From Flavobacteriales bacterium (lineage in GTDB: Bacteria; Bacteroidota; Bacteroidia; Flavobacteriales_D; UBA2798), in contig JAIBBF010000001.1 in NCBI GenBank assembly GCA_019694795.1, positions 2,370 to 66,369 of the forward strand: a stretch of DNA of 64,000 nucleotides, written 5' to 3'. Of this stretch, positions 13,601 through 18,464 are shown piece by piece. The position numbers and the translations under genes were made by a program. Below the pieces are notes generated by a model. The model ran no database searches and was not told the DNA's origin. It was given only the letters and a program-made list of their open reading frames with translations. Each line of letters opens with the position of its first letter. Position 1 is the first letter of the stretch.

Positions 13601-15572
13601 CGCAAGCAACCGCTGTTGGTGTTAATGTTGCGGTAATTGCTGTTGGTTGAGTAATGGTTACAGAAGGTATTACACGCGTACAACCATTTGCATCTGTAAC
13701 TGTGATATTATAGGTTCCAGCTCCAAGCGCATTTAAAGTATAAGTTCCACCTGAAGATGCAATTTCATTTCCGGCCGGATTTCCAGTTGTTGTTCCTGTC
13801 CATGAAATATTATATGGAGCAGTACCGCCAGATGCAGTTACTACAATACTTCCTGTAGTTCCTCCATTACATGCAACGTTAGTTTGTGTTGTGGTAGCAG
13901 TTATTGCAGTTGGTTGAGTAATGGTTACACTTTGTGTACATGTTACTCCACCAGAAGCAGTTACTGTTACAGTATAAGTTCCGGCTGATAATCCGGTTAC
14001 GGAAGCTGTTCCTTGTCCACCACCAGGTGCAGGACTCCAACTGTAAGAAAATGGCCCCGTCCCACTTGGGGTTGCAGTCGCTGTTCCATTGTTTCCTCCG
14101 TTACAAGTAACATTGGTTTGGGTAGTGGTAATGGAACAAGGACTTACAATATTACAGTTGGTTGCACCAGTACCACCCGATTGTGAAAATTGGATATACC
14201 CGGCGGATCCATTATAGTTGGTGATTAATAACATGTACCATTGTCCGGCTACTGCATTTGGTATATCAGCAGTTTCGGTATATGATGCGGAATAAGAACA
14301 ATCCACAAGGTTTCCACTTGGATATGTGGTAGGAATTGTTGTTGAAGGTGCAATGTTAGCACAGGCATTTGCCACCGAGGTGAATGGACCCCATAATGCA
14401 AAATCGACATCAATACCGACACCGCCAGTGGTATATTGATTGATATTTATGGATATTGGTCCGGAGGTAGCAATATTTAAATACATCCACATTGGGTTAG
14501 GGGTGGAATACAAACAATTGTATTGACCCATTGATGCAACTCCGGTTGTATTACAATAGTTATAGGCAGTACCCGTACAAAATGGATCTGCAGAATTACA
14601 GTTGGTATTTACGGCACCGGCCAAGCATGGTCCGGTTCCTCCACCAGTTGCTGATTCAGTAACACAAAGACTAAACGAACCAAAATCTGTTCCTCCGTAA
14701 TCCCAAACCATGAGATAAACCGTAGTACCTGGAGTTAACCCGGATAAATTTAATTGAGGCATGGTTGTTCCACCCGCATCATCATTACAAGAAATCAATG
14801 TAAAGGTTCCGGAACAACTTGTGGCAGTATAAGCAGCCATCCCCATGTCCGTTAAAGATCCGGCATAAGTTTGAACATTTACCGCTCCAGAAGCAGGAAC
14901 AGTAAACGAATAAAAAACTTCATTTCCACTGTAGAAAGCACAACCCGGAGCAGGAATAGTTTGCGAGGTGGTAGTAGCTCCTGAATTATTACCTGAGGTA
15001 GTTGTACAACCAGTATTGGAAGGATATACTGTTAATGGCGTTGCACCACACGGGTTATCATTGGATGGAACAGTAGTATTATTTGTACTTGCACATATTG
15101 AGAAATTACCATTGTCATTTCCTCCATAATCCCACAAACGAACGTAAATTGTCGTGCCAGGAGTTAAACCAGAAACAGACAAATATGGCATCAACCCATT
15201 AACGGATCCGTCATCATCACAAGCAATTTGTGTGAAAGTACCTGAACAAGATGTTGCAGTATACCATGCCATTCCCATATCCGTAAGAGTACCTGTATTC
15301 ATGTCGATGGTTAAGTTACCGCTCGCAGGCACGGTAACACTATACCATACGTCATCAGATCCAGCTGGATATGAAGAGCAAGTTGGAGCCGGAATACCTA
15401 CAGTTCCTGTTGAGTTTGCAGGCATACTTCCCGCAACATAGGTACAGGATGTTCCAACTGTTAAAACGGTAGCCCCACAAGGATCATCGTTTGTAGGAGG
15501 TGGCATTGCATTTGCCAGGAATGGCATCAAAATAGCAAATGCCAGAAATAAATTCTTCATCAATTTCATCAT
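1656..15572 (-). CDS. Giant (4,638 aa) SprB-repeat cell-surface adhesin with a C-terminal T9SS type-B (CHU_C / gliding-motility C-terminal) sorting domain.
   Basis: Signal peptide MMKLMKNLFLAFAILMPFLANA. Next come two paralogous ~135-aa N-terminal modules and a Cys-rich domain. Dozens of ~80-aa repeats of the form C-NGG-NG...GG-PY-Y-W...L-AG-Y-V-V-D-NGC follow. PKD-like segments are present (YSWNFGDATTG...). The C-terminus reads FTPNGDGKNDVF...FNRWGELIF...WDGT...DVYVWKV. Confidence 0.9.
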   Translation of the reverse strand: MMKLMKNLFLAFAILMPFLANAMPPPTNDDPCGATVLTVGTSCTYVAGSMPANSTGTVGIPAPTCSSYPAGSDDVWYSVTVPASGNLTIDMNTGTLTDMGMAWYTATSCSGTFTQIACDDDGSVNGLMPYLSVSGLTPGTTIYVRLWDYGGNDNGNFSICASTNNTTVPSNDNPCGATPLTVYPSNTGCTTTSGNNSGATTTSQTIPAPGCAFYSGNEVFYSFTVPASGAVNVQTYAGSLTDMGMAAYTATSCSGTFTLISCNDDAGGTTMPQLNLSGLTPGTTVYLMVWDYGGTDFGSFSLCVTESATGGGTGPCLAGAVNTNCNSADPFCTGTAYNYCNTTGVASMGQYNCLYSTPNPMWMYLNIATSGPISININQYTTGGVGIDVDFALWGPFTSVANACANIAPSTTIPTTYPSGNLVDCSYSASYTETADIPNAVAGQWYMLLITNYNGSAGYIQFSQSGGTGATNCNIVSPCSITTTQTNVTCNGGNNGTATATPSGTGPFSYSWSPAPGGGQGTASVTGLSAGTYTVTVTASGGVTCTQSVTITQPTAITATTTQTNVACNGGTTGSIVVTASGGTAPYNISWTGTTTGNPAGNEIASSGGTYTLNALGAGTYNITVTDANGCTRVIPSVTITQPTAITATLTPTAVACVGGNNGSIAVTASGGTAGYNVSWIGPSSGAPVGTEIASSGGSYSITGLVAGTYTVTVTDANGCTRTASSTVNPGVTIDANITPVAAQCLTGNSFNFSGTTSTISSGSITSYSWNFGDATTGTGSTVSHTYGATGTYTVTLTVSNGTCTNTETLSVTVNPNPAVTLTVTPPNCFGQNGTITANPTGGSSFGYAWNPPAGQATQTVSVPVGGPYSVTVTNNFGCTATASASMTQPTQLTATMGTPTMVNCNGGNNGSVSVTAAGGTAPYTYNWSPAPGSGQGTANAGSLTAGTYTVTVTDNKGCTATASVTITQPTVLTATMGTPTMVNCNGGNNGSVSVTATGGTAAYNVSWTGPTSGNPAGNEIAISGGNYSITGMTAGTYTVTITDNKGCTATASVTITQPAVLTATMGTPTMVSCNAGNNGSVSVTAAGGTAPYTYNWSPAPGSGQGTANAGSLTAGTYTVTITDNKGCTATASVTITQPTVLTATMGTPTMVSCNGGNNGSVSVTAAGGTAPYTYNWSPAPGSGQGTANAGSLTAGTYSVTITDNKGCTATASVTITQPTVLTATMGTPTMVSCNGGNNGSVSVTAAGGTAPYTYNWSPAPGSGQGTANAGSLTAGTYSVTITDNKGCTATASVTITQPTALTATMGTPTMVSCNGGNNGSVSVTAAGGTAPYTYNWSPAPGSGQGTANAGLLTAGTYTVTITDNKGCTATASVTITQPTALTATMGTPTMVSCNGGNNGSVSVTAAGGTAPYTYNWSPAPGAGQGTAAASSLTAGTYTVTITDNKGCTATASVTITQPAVLTATMGTPTMVSCNGGNNGSVSVTAAGGTAPYTYNWSPAPGSGQGTANAGSLTAGTYSVTITDNKGCTATASVTITQPTVLTATMGTPTMVSCNGGNNGSVSVTAAGGTAPYMYNWSPAPGSGQGTANAGSLTAGTYTVTVTDNKGCTATASVTITQPTALTATMGTPTMVSCNGGNNGSVSVTAAGGSAPYTYNWSPAPGAGQGTAAASSLTAGTYTVTITDNTGCTTTASATITQPAVLTATMGAPTMVSCNGGNNGSVSVTAAGGTAPYTYNWSPAPGSGQGTANAGSLTAGSYTVTITDNNGCSATSSVAITQPTAISLTTASTPTNCGASTGTTTVTATGGAGSYTYSWNTTPVQSTATASNLLAGTYTVTVTDLNGCTATATVSVNNNAAPTITENIASHIDVLCNGGNNGAAAVTVSGGTAPLSISWSPSGGTSATASGLTAGIYTVTVTDANLCAASVNIIITQPPVLTATASTTQQVLCNGGNNGAVSVSAAGGTGALTYSWSPSGGTASTASGLTAGTYTVTVTDANSCTITASTTITQPTALTSAMGTPTMVSCNGGNNGSVSVTATGGTAPYTYNWSPAPGSGQGTANAGSMTAGAYTVTITDANGCTSTSSVTITQPTVLTSTMGTPTMVSCNGGNNGSVSVTVAGGTTPYTYNWSPAPGSGQGTANAGSLTAGTYTVTITDANGCTSTSSVTITQPTVLTSAMGTPTMVSCNGGNNGSVSVTAAGGTTAYSYNWSPAPGSGQGTANAGSMTAGTYTVTITDANGCTSTSSVTITQPTVLTSTMGTPTMVSCNGGNNGSVNVTAAGGTTPYAYSWSPAPGSGQGTSSAGSMTAGSYTVTVTDANNCTSTATVTITEPVQLAISTSTTNATCGASNGTATAAISGGVTPYNISWNTSPVQTSSTATGLPAGSYTVSVTDANGCTFSQTANVINDAAPTIVENMISHVDVSCNGGNNGVAAVTVAGGTNPLSISWSPSGGSSANASGLTAGSYTVTVTDANGCSATTNITITEPAALVASMGTPTMVSCNGGNNGSASVSITGGVSPYSYAWSPVPGGGQGTAAATGLLAGSYSVTITDANACTQTATVTITEPTLLTVSTIVTPVSCNGGSNGTATATIGGGVSPYTQTWSPAPGAGQNTTNASSMNAGTYTITVTDANGCTQTATATITEPAALALSTTVVDAHCGQADGSATVTATGGTNPITYSWNTSPVQTTASATAIPAGNYTVTATDANGCVSTISATVGTIAGPSATAVVNSNVTGAGLCNGSATVTPSGGTSPYTILWDNSNTNATANDLCAGNNCATITDAAGCVTTACVTITEPAPLTVTLSPTNLTCFNICTGQVNSLAAGGVAPYTYSWSNGASTVNIINVCANTYTVTVTDANGNTATASVAVTQPTDIVISNTTATPALCNGACNGTVNATAAGGTGALTYTWTGGLTGASQSGLCAGTYSLVVADVNGCTETSTAVVTEPAVLTASTTVVNANCGNSDGSATVTAAGGTAPYSYSWSSGGVATTENNLAANTYNVTVTDANGCTVTVAATVGNNPAGTLTMSVVNNVLCFGANDGSASGVMTGGAAPFTYSWNTSPVQTTSTATNLAPGVWTLSVTDANSCIITGSVTITEPTLLVATPSAVDVNCFGGSDGSVSVSATGGSPAYNLTWTNSGGTVIGTTPNQSGLIAGTYTVSVNDDNGCNSTASVVVNEPPAYSLSLSSLDVKCFGACNGNASATVTGGTTPYTYAWNDPLNQTTSGAFFLCPGNYTVTVTDDHGCTLSASATISEPAELTNTITAVDAHCQQNDGSGCVTPSGGITPYTLQWLSVASTNNCESNLFSGTYLVQITDANQCLDTAVIQINDIAGPSAAIIAQTNVSCNGLDDGSATVDMIGGTGIFTVQWDAAAFSQTTPTASNLPAGTYSVTVTDAAGCAASTNVTITEPPLVVYIPTAIDPTCFTYCDGVISIAVTGGVTPYNFDWRDNANASIGTTSSVNGLCDGNYTLILSDANGCTNIIPYQLTEPVAVTGSISGTNNLCFQSCDGTATLVANSGVAPFSFSWNDPAAQTTSTASSLCAGNYSVTLTDADGCFNSYNVSITEPTLLTATIDLSGNVSCAGVCDGFANGVASGGTAPYTYSWSNGVNTQMNNGLCVGTYTFTVTDANGCTATATVNIIEPSSLAVSVSGTDISCFNACDGTMAAAVSGGTTPYSIQWFDPSFATTANVSNVCAGTYDVIVTDANGCSVSNTVTLNQPSILSFAISTVENAFCGQNNGQICASVIGGVAPYTFQYDDPAGQITPCAFNLFSGCYTLTVTDGNGCVKDSLICISDIPGPTLAVTSHSDVTCFGASDGEIVISATGGTNPLVIEWLDGANNVIPAYTGQTTVSTLPGDTYGIVVTDSANCVVATSQFIFEPTGLNAAVTSTTSPLCFGGCDGAATVSMSGGTTPYTIAWSGGANTTSANNTGLCAGNYSAVITDANGCQFTANTTITQPTQLVVNTTSLQNVSCNAVCDGIVNLGVSGATAPYFYSWTNNVSVGSTATNLCAGNYITDVTDNHGCLVTVSNTITEPAALAITVSVTDATCSQCNGASSALVTGGTTPYAYSWTSGAAMNAANNTGLCAGVTDITVTDAHGCVITSNATIIDQAGPVITGLTFTEPLCYGQSNGTATVNTTGGTAPLTYAWDDPAVQTTQTATNLVTGLYCVVVSDNNNCNATNCVDVTEPNPLGAVGDLDVTICYGDSTQLWASGTGGTTPYTVNWQTPGLSGPGPIMVNPLTTTTYCFDITDANGCLSPQDCITITVNPPLDVDVSPTIAICLNDSTTLAASASGGNGGPYTFTWYDQNGATLNDIESGNQSTVTVNPSVDTWYTVKVDDGCSIVALDSVQVTINDLPIVFFNVVDSAGCAPFTAQFILNTDIGVNFDYDFQCDGVVDYSGTSPNTTFTYPNPGTYDVCVTVTSALGCVTTVSQTEMVDVYPVPVADFSTTPGTTTILSPTITFGDLSTGTPVTYQWDFGDGFTLTGAPGVNVPANTHNGLTIGTFDDPIHTYADTGTFDVTLFITNQYGCTDVITYQVTVEGDYILFTPNTFTPNGDGKNDVFIPVGIGISMDEYEMLVFNRWGELIFETHNPNTGWDGTHKGEPAKQDVYVWKVKAFDHRGVQHDYIGHITLLR
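1659..1930 (-). other. Type-B T9SS sorting domain of the giant adhesin.
   Basis: The last ~90 aa read ILFTPNTFTPNGDGKNDVFIPVG...LVFNRWGELIFE...WDGTHKGEPAKQDVYVWKVKAFD...GHITLLR. Confidence 0.8.
8590..9550 (-). repeat. Tandem array of 4 near-identical 240-bp (80-aa) SprB-repeat units (TDANGCTSTSSVTITQPTVLTS variant).
   Basis: Sequence lines 8761, 9001, 9241 and 9481 are in exact 240-bp register and nearly identical (ttatttcctccattacaactcaccatggttggtgtgcccatgg...). Confidence 0.85.
10260..12930 (-). repeat. Tandem array of 11 near-identical SprB-repeat units (TDNKGCTATASVTITQP variant). Nine consecutive units are in exact 240-bp register; one unit is an 89-aa variant.
   Basis: Lines 10381, 10621, 10861, 11101, 11341, 11581, 11821, 12061 and 12301 align in phase. 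11701..11760 is identical to 11941..12000 (60/60). 10861..10920 vs 11341..11400 differ at 1 of 60 positions. Two adjacent units are identical at the protein level. Confidence 0.9.
14661..15494 (-). other. Duplicated ~135-aa N-terminal module of the giant adhesin (function unassigned).
   Basis: Module A is NDDPCGATVL...SCSGTFTQIACDDDG...LSGLTPGTTIYVRLWDYGGNDNGNFSICA. Module B is NDNPCGATPL...SCSGTFTLISCNDDAG...LSGLTPGTTVYLMVWDYGGTDFGSFSLCV. Confidence 0.6.
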
Positions 15573-15593
15573 CGCAACTTCTTAGAAAAAAAA

Positions 15594-16010
15594 TTATTTT
15601 GAACTCGGATCGAGTGTGTATTTGAAAATATTCGAAATCTGAAATCCGCCGTTAGTAATTGCAGTTTTCAAATCGAGCGAAGAATATTTTCCGGGGACTT
15701 CCAAATGAATCCGGTTTTTCTCATCTACCGAAAATTTCAAAACCGGAATTTGATTTTCGATTAGGGATTTAATCGCATTTAATTTCTCTTTCGACTCCAC
15801 ACCCTGAATGGTGAATTCAAAATAGCGACTTAAACCAAAATAAAAATCACGATTAAATGATTTGTTTGCATCAACAATAGCTTTAACATCTTCGGAGAGA
15901 TTTTCGTAATTATCACCGGCGTTACTACTGTTAGAACTGAATTGCCCGAAAGATGAAGTGGCAACAAAGAATAAAGAAAGAAATAATAATTTCTTAATAG
16001 AATTTTCCAT
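15594..16010 (-). CDS. Small secreted hypothetical protein (138 aa), 21 bp upstream of the giant adhesin.
   Basis: ORF track. Signal peptide MENSIKKLLFLSLFFVATSSFGQ. No recognisable catalytic motif. The short gap suggests co-transcription with 1656..15572. Confidence 0.6.
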   Translation of the reverse strand: MENSIKKLLFLSLFFVATSSFGQFSSNSSNAGDNYENLSEDVKAIVDANKSFNRDFYFGLSRYFEFTIQGVESKEKLNAIKSLIENQIPVLKFSVDEKNRIHLEVPGKYSSLDLKTAITNGGFQISNIFKYTLDPSSK

Positions 16011-16122
16011 CGCAAGCTTGATTTGATTCTGACTTTGAAATTAAGAAAATGGTAGAAATACCGAAGTAAAAAATGCAAAAATCAAAGTGAGTTATCAACA
16101 GGTTTTCATTGGAGAAAATCGC

Positions 16123-16161
16123 AGAAAAAAAAACGCGAATGTGAATTTTACATCCGCGTTT
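16123..16161 (-). terminator. Rho-independent terminator after the sigma/anti-sigma pair.
   Basis: On the minus strand, aaacgcg (plus an inner atgt/acat pairing) ... cgcgttt is followed by T8. It starts 21 nt after the stop at 16183. Confidence 0.6.
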
Positions 16162-16182
16162 ACAAAAATATTTAACAAAAAG

Positions 16183-17604
16183 TTATTTAAGCAATGTCAC
16201 CGATCCACGATACAATTCTTCACCTTTTATTGCAACCGTCCAGATATAAACTCCTTCCGGTGCCGCCTGGTTATCGCTCATGAATTTACCATCCCAGGGA
16301 CGGAAAGCAGAATTGGTTTGATACACTAAACGTCCTTCACGGGTGTGTATGGTCATTACAAACTCAACATCCATTACAGTTAAAGAGAATGGGATAAAGG
16401 TGTTATTGGTATTATCCCCATTTGGTGAGAAGGCATTTGGTGCCAACAGATTGAAGTCCTCTTCTATATGTACAGTCTGAACTGTTTTATTACTGCAACC
16501 ATTTGCAGCAGTAACTCCAAGCATTACCTTATAATCACCTTTGTGACGGAAAAATTTATCGACTTGTGAAGCAGAAGAATTTGTGCCATCGGGGAACAAC
16601 CATTTTGCATTGACAAAATCAGAAGAATTATTTTCGAAATGGACGATGGGTCGGCCATTTACGATTTCCTCATTGAATCTAAAGGATGCTACAGGTGCTG
16701 GTTTTACTAGTATTGATTTTGTAACGGTCGACGTTTTTTCTTTTCCATTGGTGTAATACAATGCAATGGAATAGATACCTGGTTCAGAGAAATAATAACT
16801 GAGTTTTTCGGTCTGAATAGGCAATCCGTTACCATTGATTTCCCAAACACAAGAATAATTTTTTACAGGTTTAGCAGAACTAAATTCAATTTCTTGTCCG
16901 GAACAAAACTCTTCTGCCCCAATGATAATTTCAGGCGAAGGTAAAACCTGGGATGCGGTTGAATGATCCTCAACTTTATCCGTTAAATCAACGGGATTCG
17001 TTTTGTCGTCCTTTTTATCATTCGGATTAACCGTATGCTTATCATTAGGAGAAACATCGGTTAAGTCCTGAGGTCCTTTTTTATTCAGATCTGCATTAAA
17101 ATCATTTGGTGCAGGGTCTTTTGAAACCGACAAATCAACACTGCTAGAATTATTTCCTATGGTGGACTTATTCTGATTATTATCAATGGAATTATCGGCG
17201 TTTACAACTGTATTGTTGTTGTTGACCTCAATTTTATTATCCGATACAGCAATCGTTTTCTCGTGTGTAAGCGGATTCGTTTTTTGTGATTCGTTGGGCG
17301 TTCCGGAAAAATAAATCAGGGAACTTATACCAACAACACCTGCAATTCCGGCGGCAATCCACCAACCATATTTAACAGGGTGCAATGAAGATTCGAGGAG
17401 GGACCATTGACTAGCATCATAGGGAACCTCAACTTGATTGACTTTATTTTGTAATGTATTTTCAAAAGCATCGTGAACAGGAGCTTGTTCGGAAGCATCC
17501 AACCCCGACGCAATTTGCGACCAGGCGGACGGATCAAATGGCATCTCGAAATTCTCGAGCGACTCATTGATCATTTTTTCGAACCCGTTTAACTTGTGCT
17601 CCAT
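16183..17604 (-). CDS. Bitopic anti-sigma-like membrane protein with PKD-like domains and a C-terminal T9SS type-B (CHU_C) sorting domain.
   Basis: The start lies 1 nt after the sigma gene stop. The ~80-aa N-terminal region has an internal repeat (FEMPFDPSAWSQIASGL / VEVPYDASQWSLLESSL). There is one TM helix, WWIAAGIAGVVGISSLIYF. An N/D/K/P-rich linker and two Ig/PKD-like segments follow. The C-terminus reads APNAFSPNGDNTNNTFIPF...WDGKF...GVYIWTVAIKG...VTLLK. Confidence 0.7.
   Translation of the reverse strand: MEHKLNGFEKMINESLENFEMPFDPSAWSQIASGLDASEQAPVHDAFENTLQNKVNQVEVPYDASQWSLLESSLHPVKYGWWIAAGIAGVVGISSLIYFSGTPNESQKTNPLTHEKTIAVSDNKIEVNNNNTVVNADNSIDNNQNKSTIGNNSSSVDLSVSKDPAPNDFNADLNKKGPQDLTDVSPNDKHTVNPNDKKDDKTNPVDLTDKVEDHSTASQVLPSPEIIIGAEEFCSGQEIEFSSAKPVKNYSCVWEINGNGLPIQTEKLSYYFSEPGIYSIALYYTNGKEKTSTVTKSILVKPAPVASFRFNEEIVNGRPIVHFENNSSDFVNAKWLFPDGTNSSASQVDKFFRHKGDYKVMLGVTAANGCSNKTVQTVHIEEDFNLLAPNAFSPNGDNTNNTFIPFSLTVMDVEFVMTIHTREGRLVYQTNSAFRPWDGKFMSDNQAAPEGVYIWTVAIKGEELYRGSVTLLK
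16186..16452 (-). other. Type-B T9SS sorting domain at the C-terminus of the anti-sigma-like protein.
   Basis: It shares the pattern NAFSPNGD-N--F ... WDG ... GVY-W ... G-V-L-K/R with the C-termini of the 1656..15572 and 43058..48157 proteins. Confidence 0.65.
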
Positions 17605-17605
17605 T

Positions 17606-18184
17606 TTATTTATAAGTCAAATGCTTATTCAGCAATCCTTTTAATTTCAATTTTGCCTTTGAAAGATTGGATTTGGAGGTACCTATACTAATATTTAAAG
17701 TATCCGCAATTTCCTTGTGTGAGTAATTTTCGAAAACATATAAGTTGAACACGGTTTGATAAGCAGGACTCAATTTTTGCATTGCCTCCAATACCATTTC
17801 CGGTTTAATGCTTTCGTAAATGGATAAGTCTTCTTCTTCGCTTAAATCGCCTGGGGAATCACCTTCCTCATCCGCAATTCCTGCCTCATCTTCCAGCATC
17901 AGTAAATTTTTATTTTTCCTGAAGTGGTCAATGGCAGTATTGACAACAATTCTTCGCAACCAACCTTCAAACGAACCTGAAAAATTAAAATCCTTCAATT
18001 TTTCAAACGCTTTAATAAAGGCATCCTGAAGCATATCCTGCGCAGTATCCCGATCACGGGTATATCGCATGCACACAGCCATCATCTTTCCAAAGAACAT
18101 CCGAAAGATTTGTTCCTGCGCCCTGCGATCACCTGCAACGCAGCCTTTGAGGGCAGATTCCAGTTGATCAGAGTTTAGTTTCAT
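17606..18184 (-). CDS. ECF-type RNA polymerase sigma-70 family factor.
   Basis: Region 2 reads DAFIKAFEKLKDF...FEGWLRRIVVNTAIDHFRK. Region 4 reads YQTVFNLYVFENYSHKEIADTLNISIGTSKSNLSKAKLKLK. The protein is 192 aa. Confidence 0.9.
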   Translation of the reverse strand: MKLNSDQLESALKGCVAGDRRAQEQIFRMFFGKMMAVCMRYTRDRDTAQDMLQDAFIKAFEKLKDFNFSGSFEGWLRRIVVNTAIDHFRKNKNLLMLEDEAGIADEEGDSPGDLSEEEDLSIYESIKPEMVLEAMQKLSPAYQTVFNLYVFENYSHKEIADTLNISIGTSKSNLSKAKLKLKGLLNKHLTYK

Positions 18185-18200
18185 TAGCTTTCGTGTTCGT

Positions 18201-18228
18201 TAGACGTGAAGGTCCGGCAGGGGTTGCC
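18201..18228 (-). promoter_or_regulatory. Candidate ECF-type promoter (GGCAAC-N16-CGTCTA) upstream of the sigma gene.
   Basis: The minus strand reads caGGCAACccctgccggaccttcaCGTCTAa, ending 16 nt before the ATG at 18184. It only approximates the generic GGAAC-N16/17-CGTC ECF pattern. Confidence 0.3.
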
Positions 18229-18464
18229 TGATTTAAGGGTAAAACAATCGAAATAGCTCAAATGTTACAGAAAATCAGCAGGTTCCCCGAAAAAAATCCC
18301 AAAACCTGACCTTAAAAATAGGGCTTCGCCTGAATAATTGGGGAAAAAATTAAAACGAATTTGATCAAATCGACCGAAAGAAGAGCTCAGGAAAAACGGC
18401 ATTGAACTGAAAACTCTTAATTTAGAGGCCGATTAAATCAATTGAACCCTATAAAAATAAAATC

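Noticed and set aside
2139-15441. About 20 plus-strand ORFs of 60-141 aa inside the giant adhesin gene (e.g. 6256..6630, 8032..8457, 8617..8961, 9034..9366, 11036..11437, 11377..11742, 15154..15441).
   Set aside because: All are antisense to the 13.9-kb ORF. They repeat with the same 240-bp period as the sense repeats. They arise because Thr/Gly/Ala/Asn-rich codons rarely give stop codons on the opposite strand. None has an independent promoter, signal or motif.
15830-16078. An 82-aa minus-strand ORF overlapping the 138-aa gene in another frame.
   Set aside because: The 15594..16010 frame has a clear signal peptide and a sensible start. The alternative frame has a low-complexity composition and no features.
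16087-16329. An 80-aa plus-strand ORF.
   Set aside because: It spans the minus-strand terminator and is antisense to the 3' end of the anti-sigma-like gene. Its composition is not protein-like.
17325-18029. ORFs 17325..17567 (-) and 17820..18029 (+) inside the anti-sigma and sigma genes.
   Set aside because: They lie out of frame or antisense within well-supported genes and have no independent signals.
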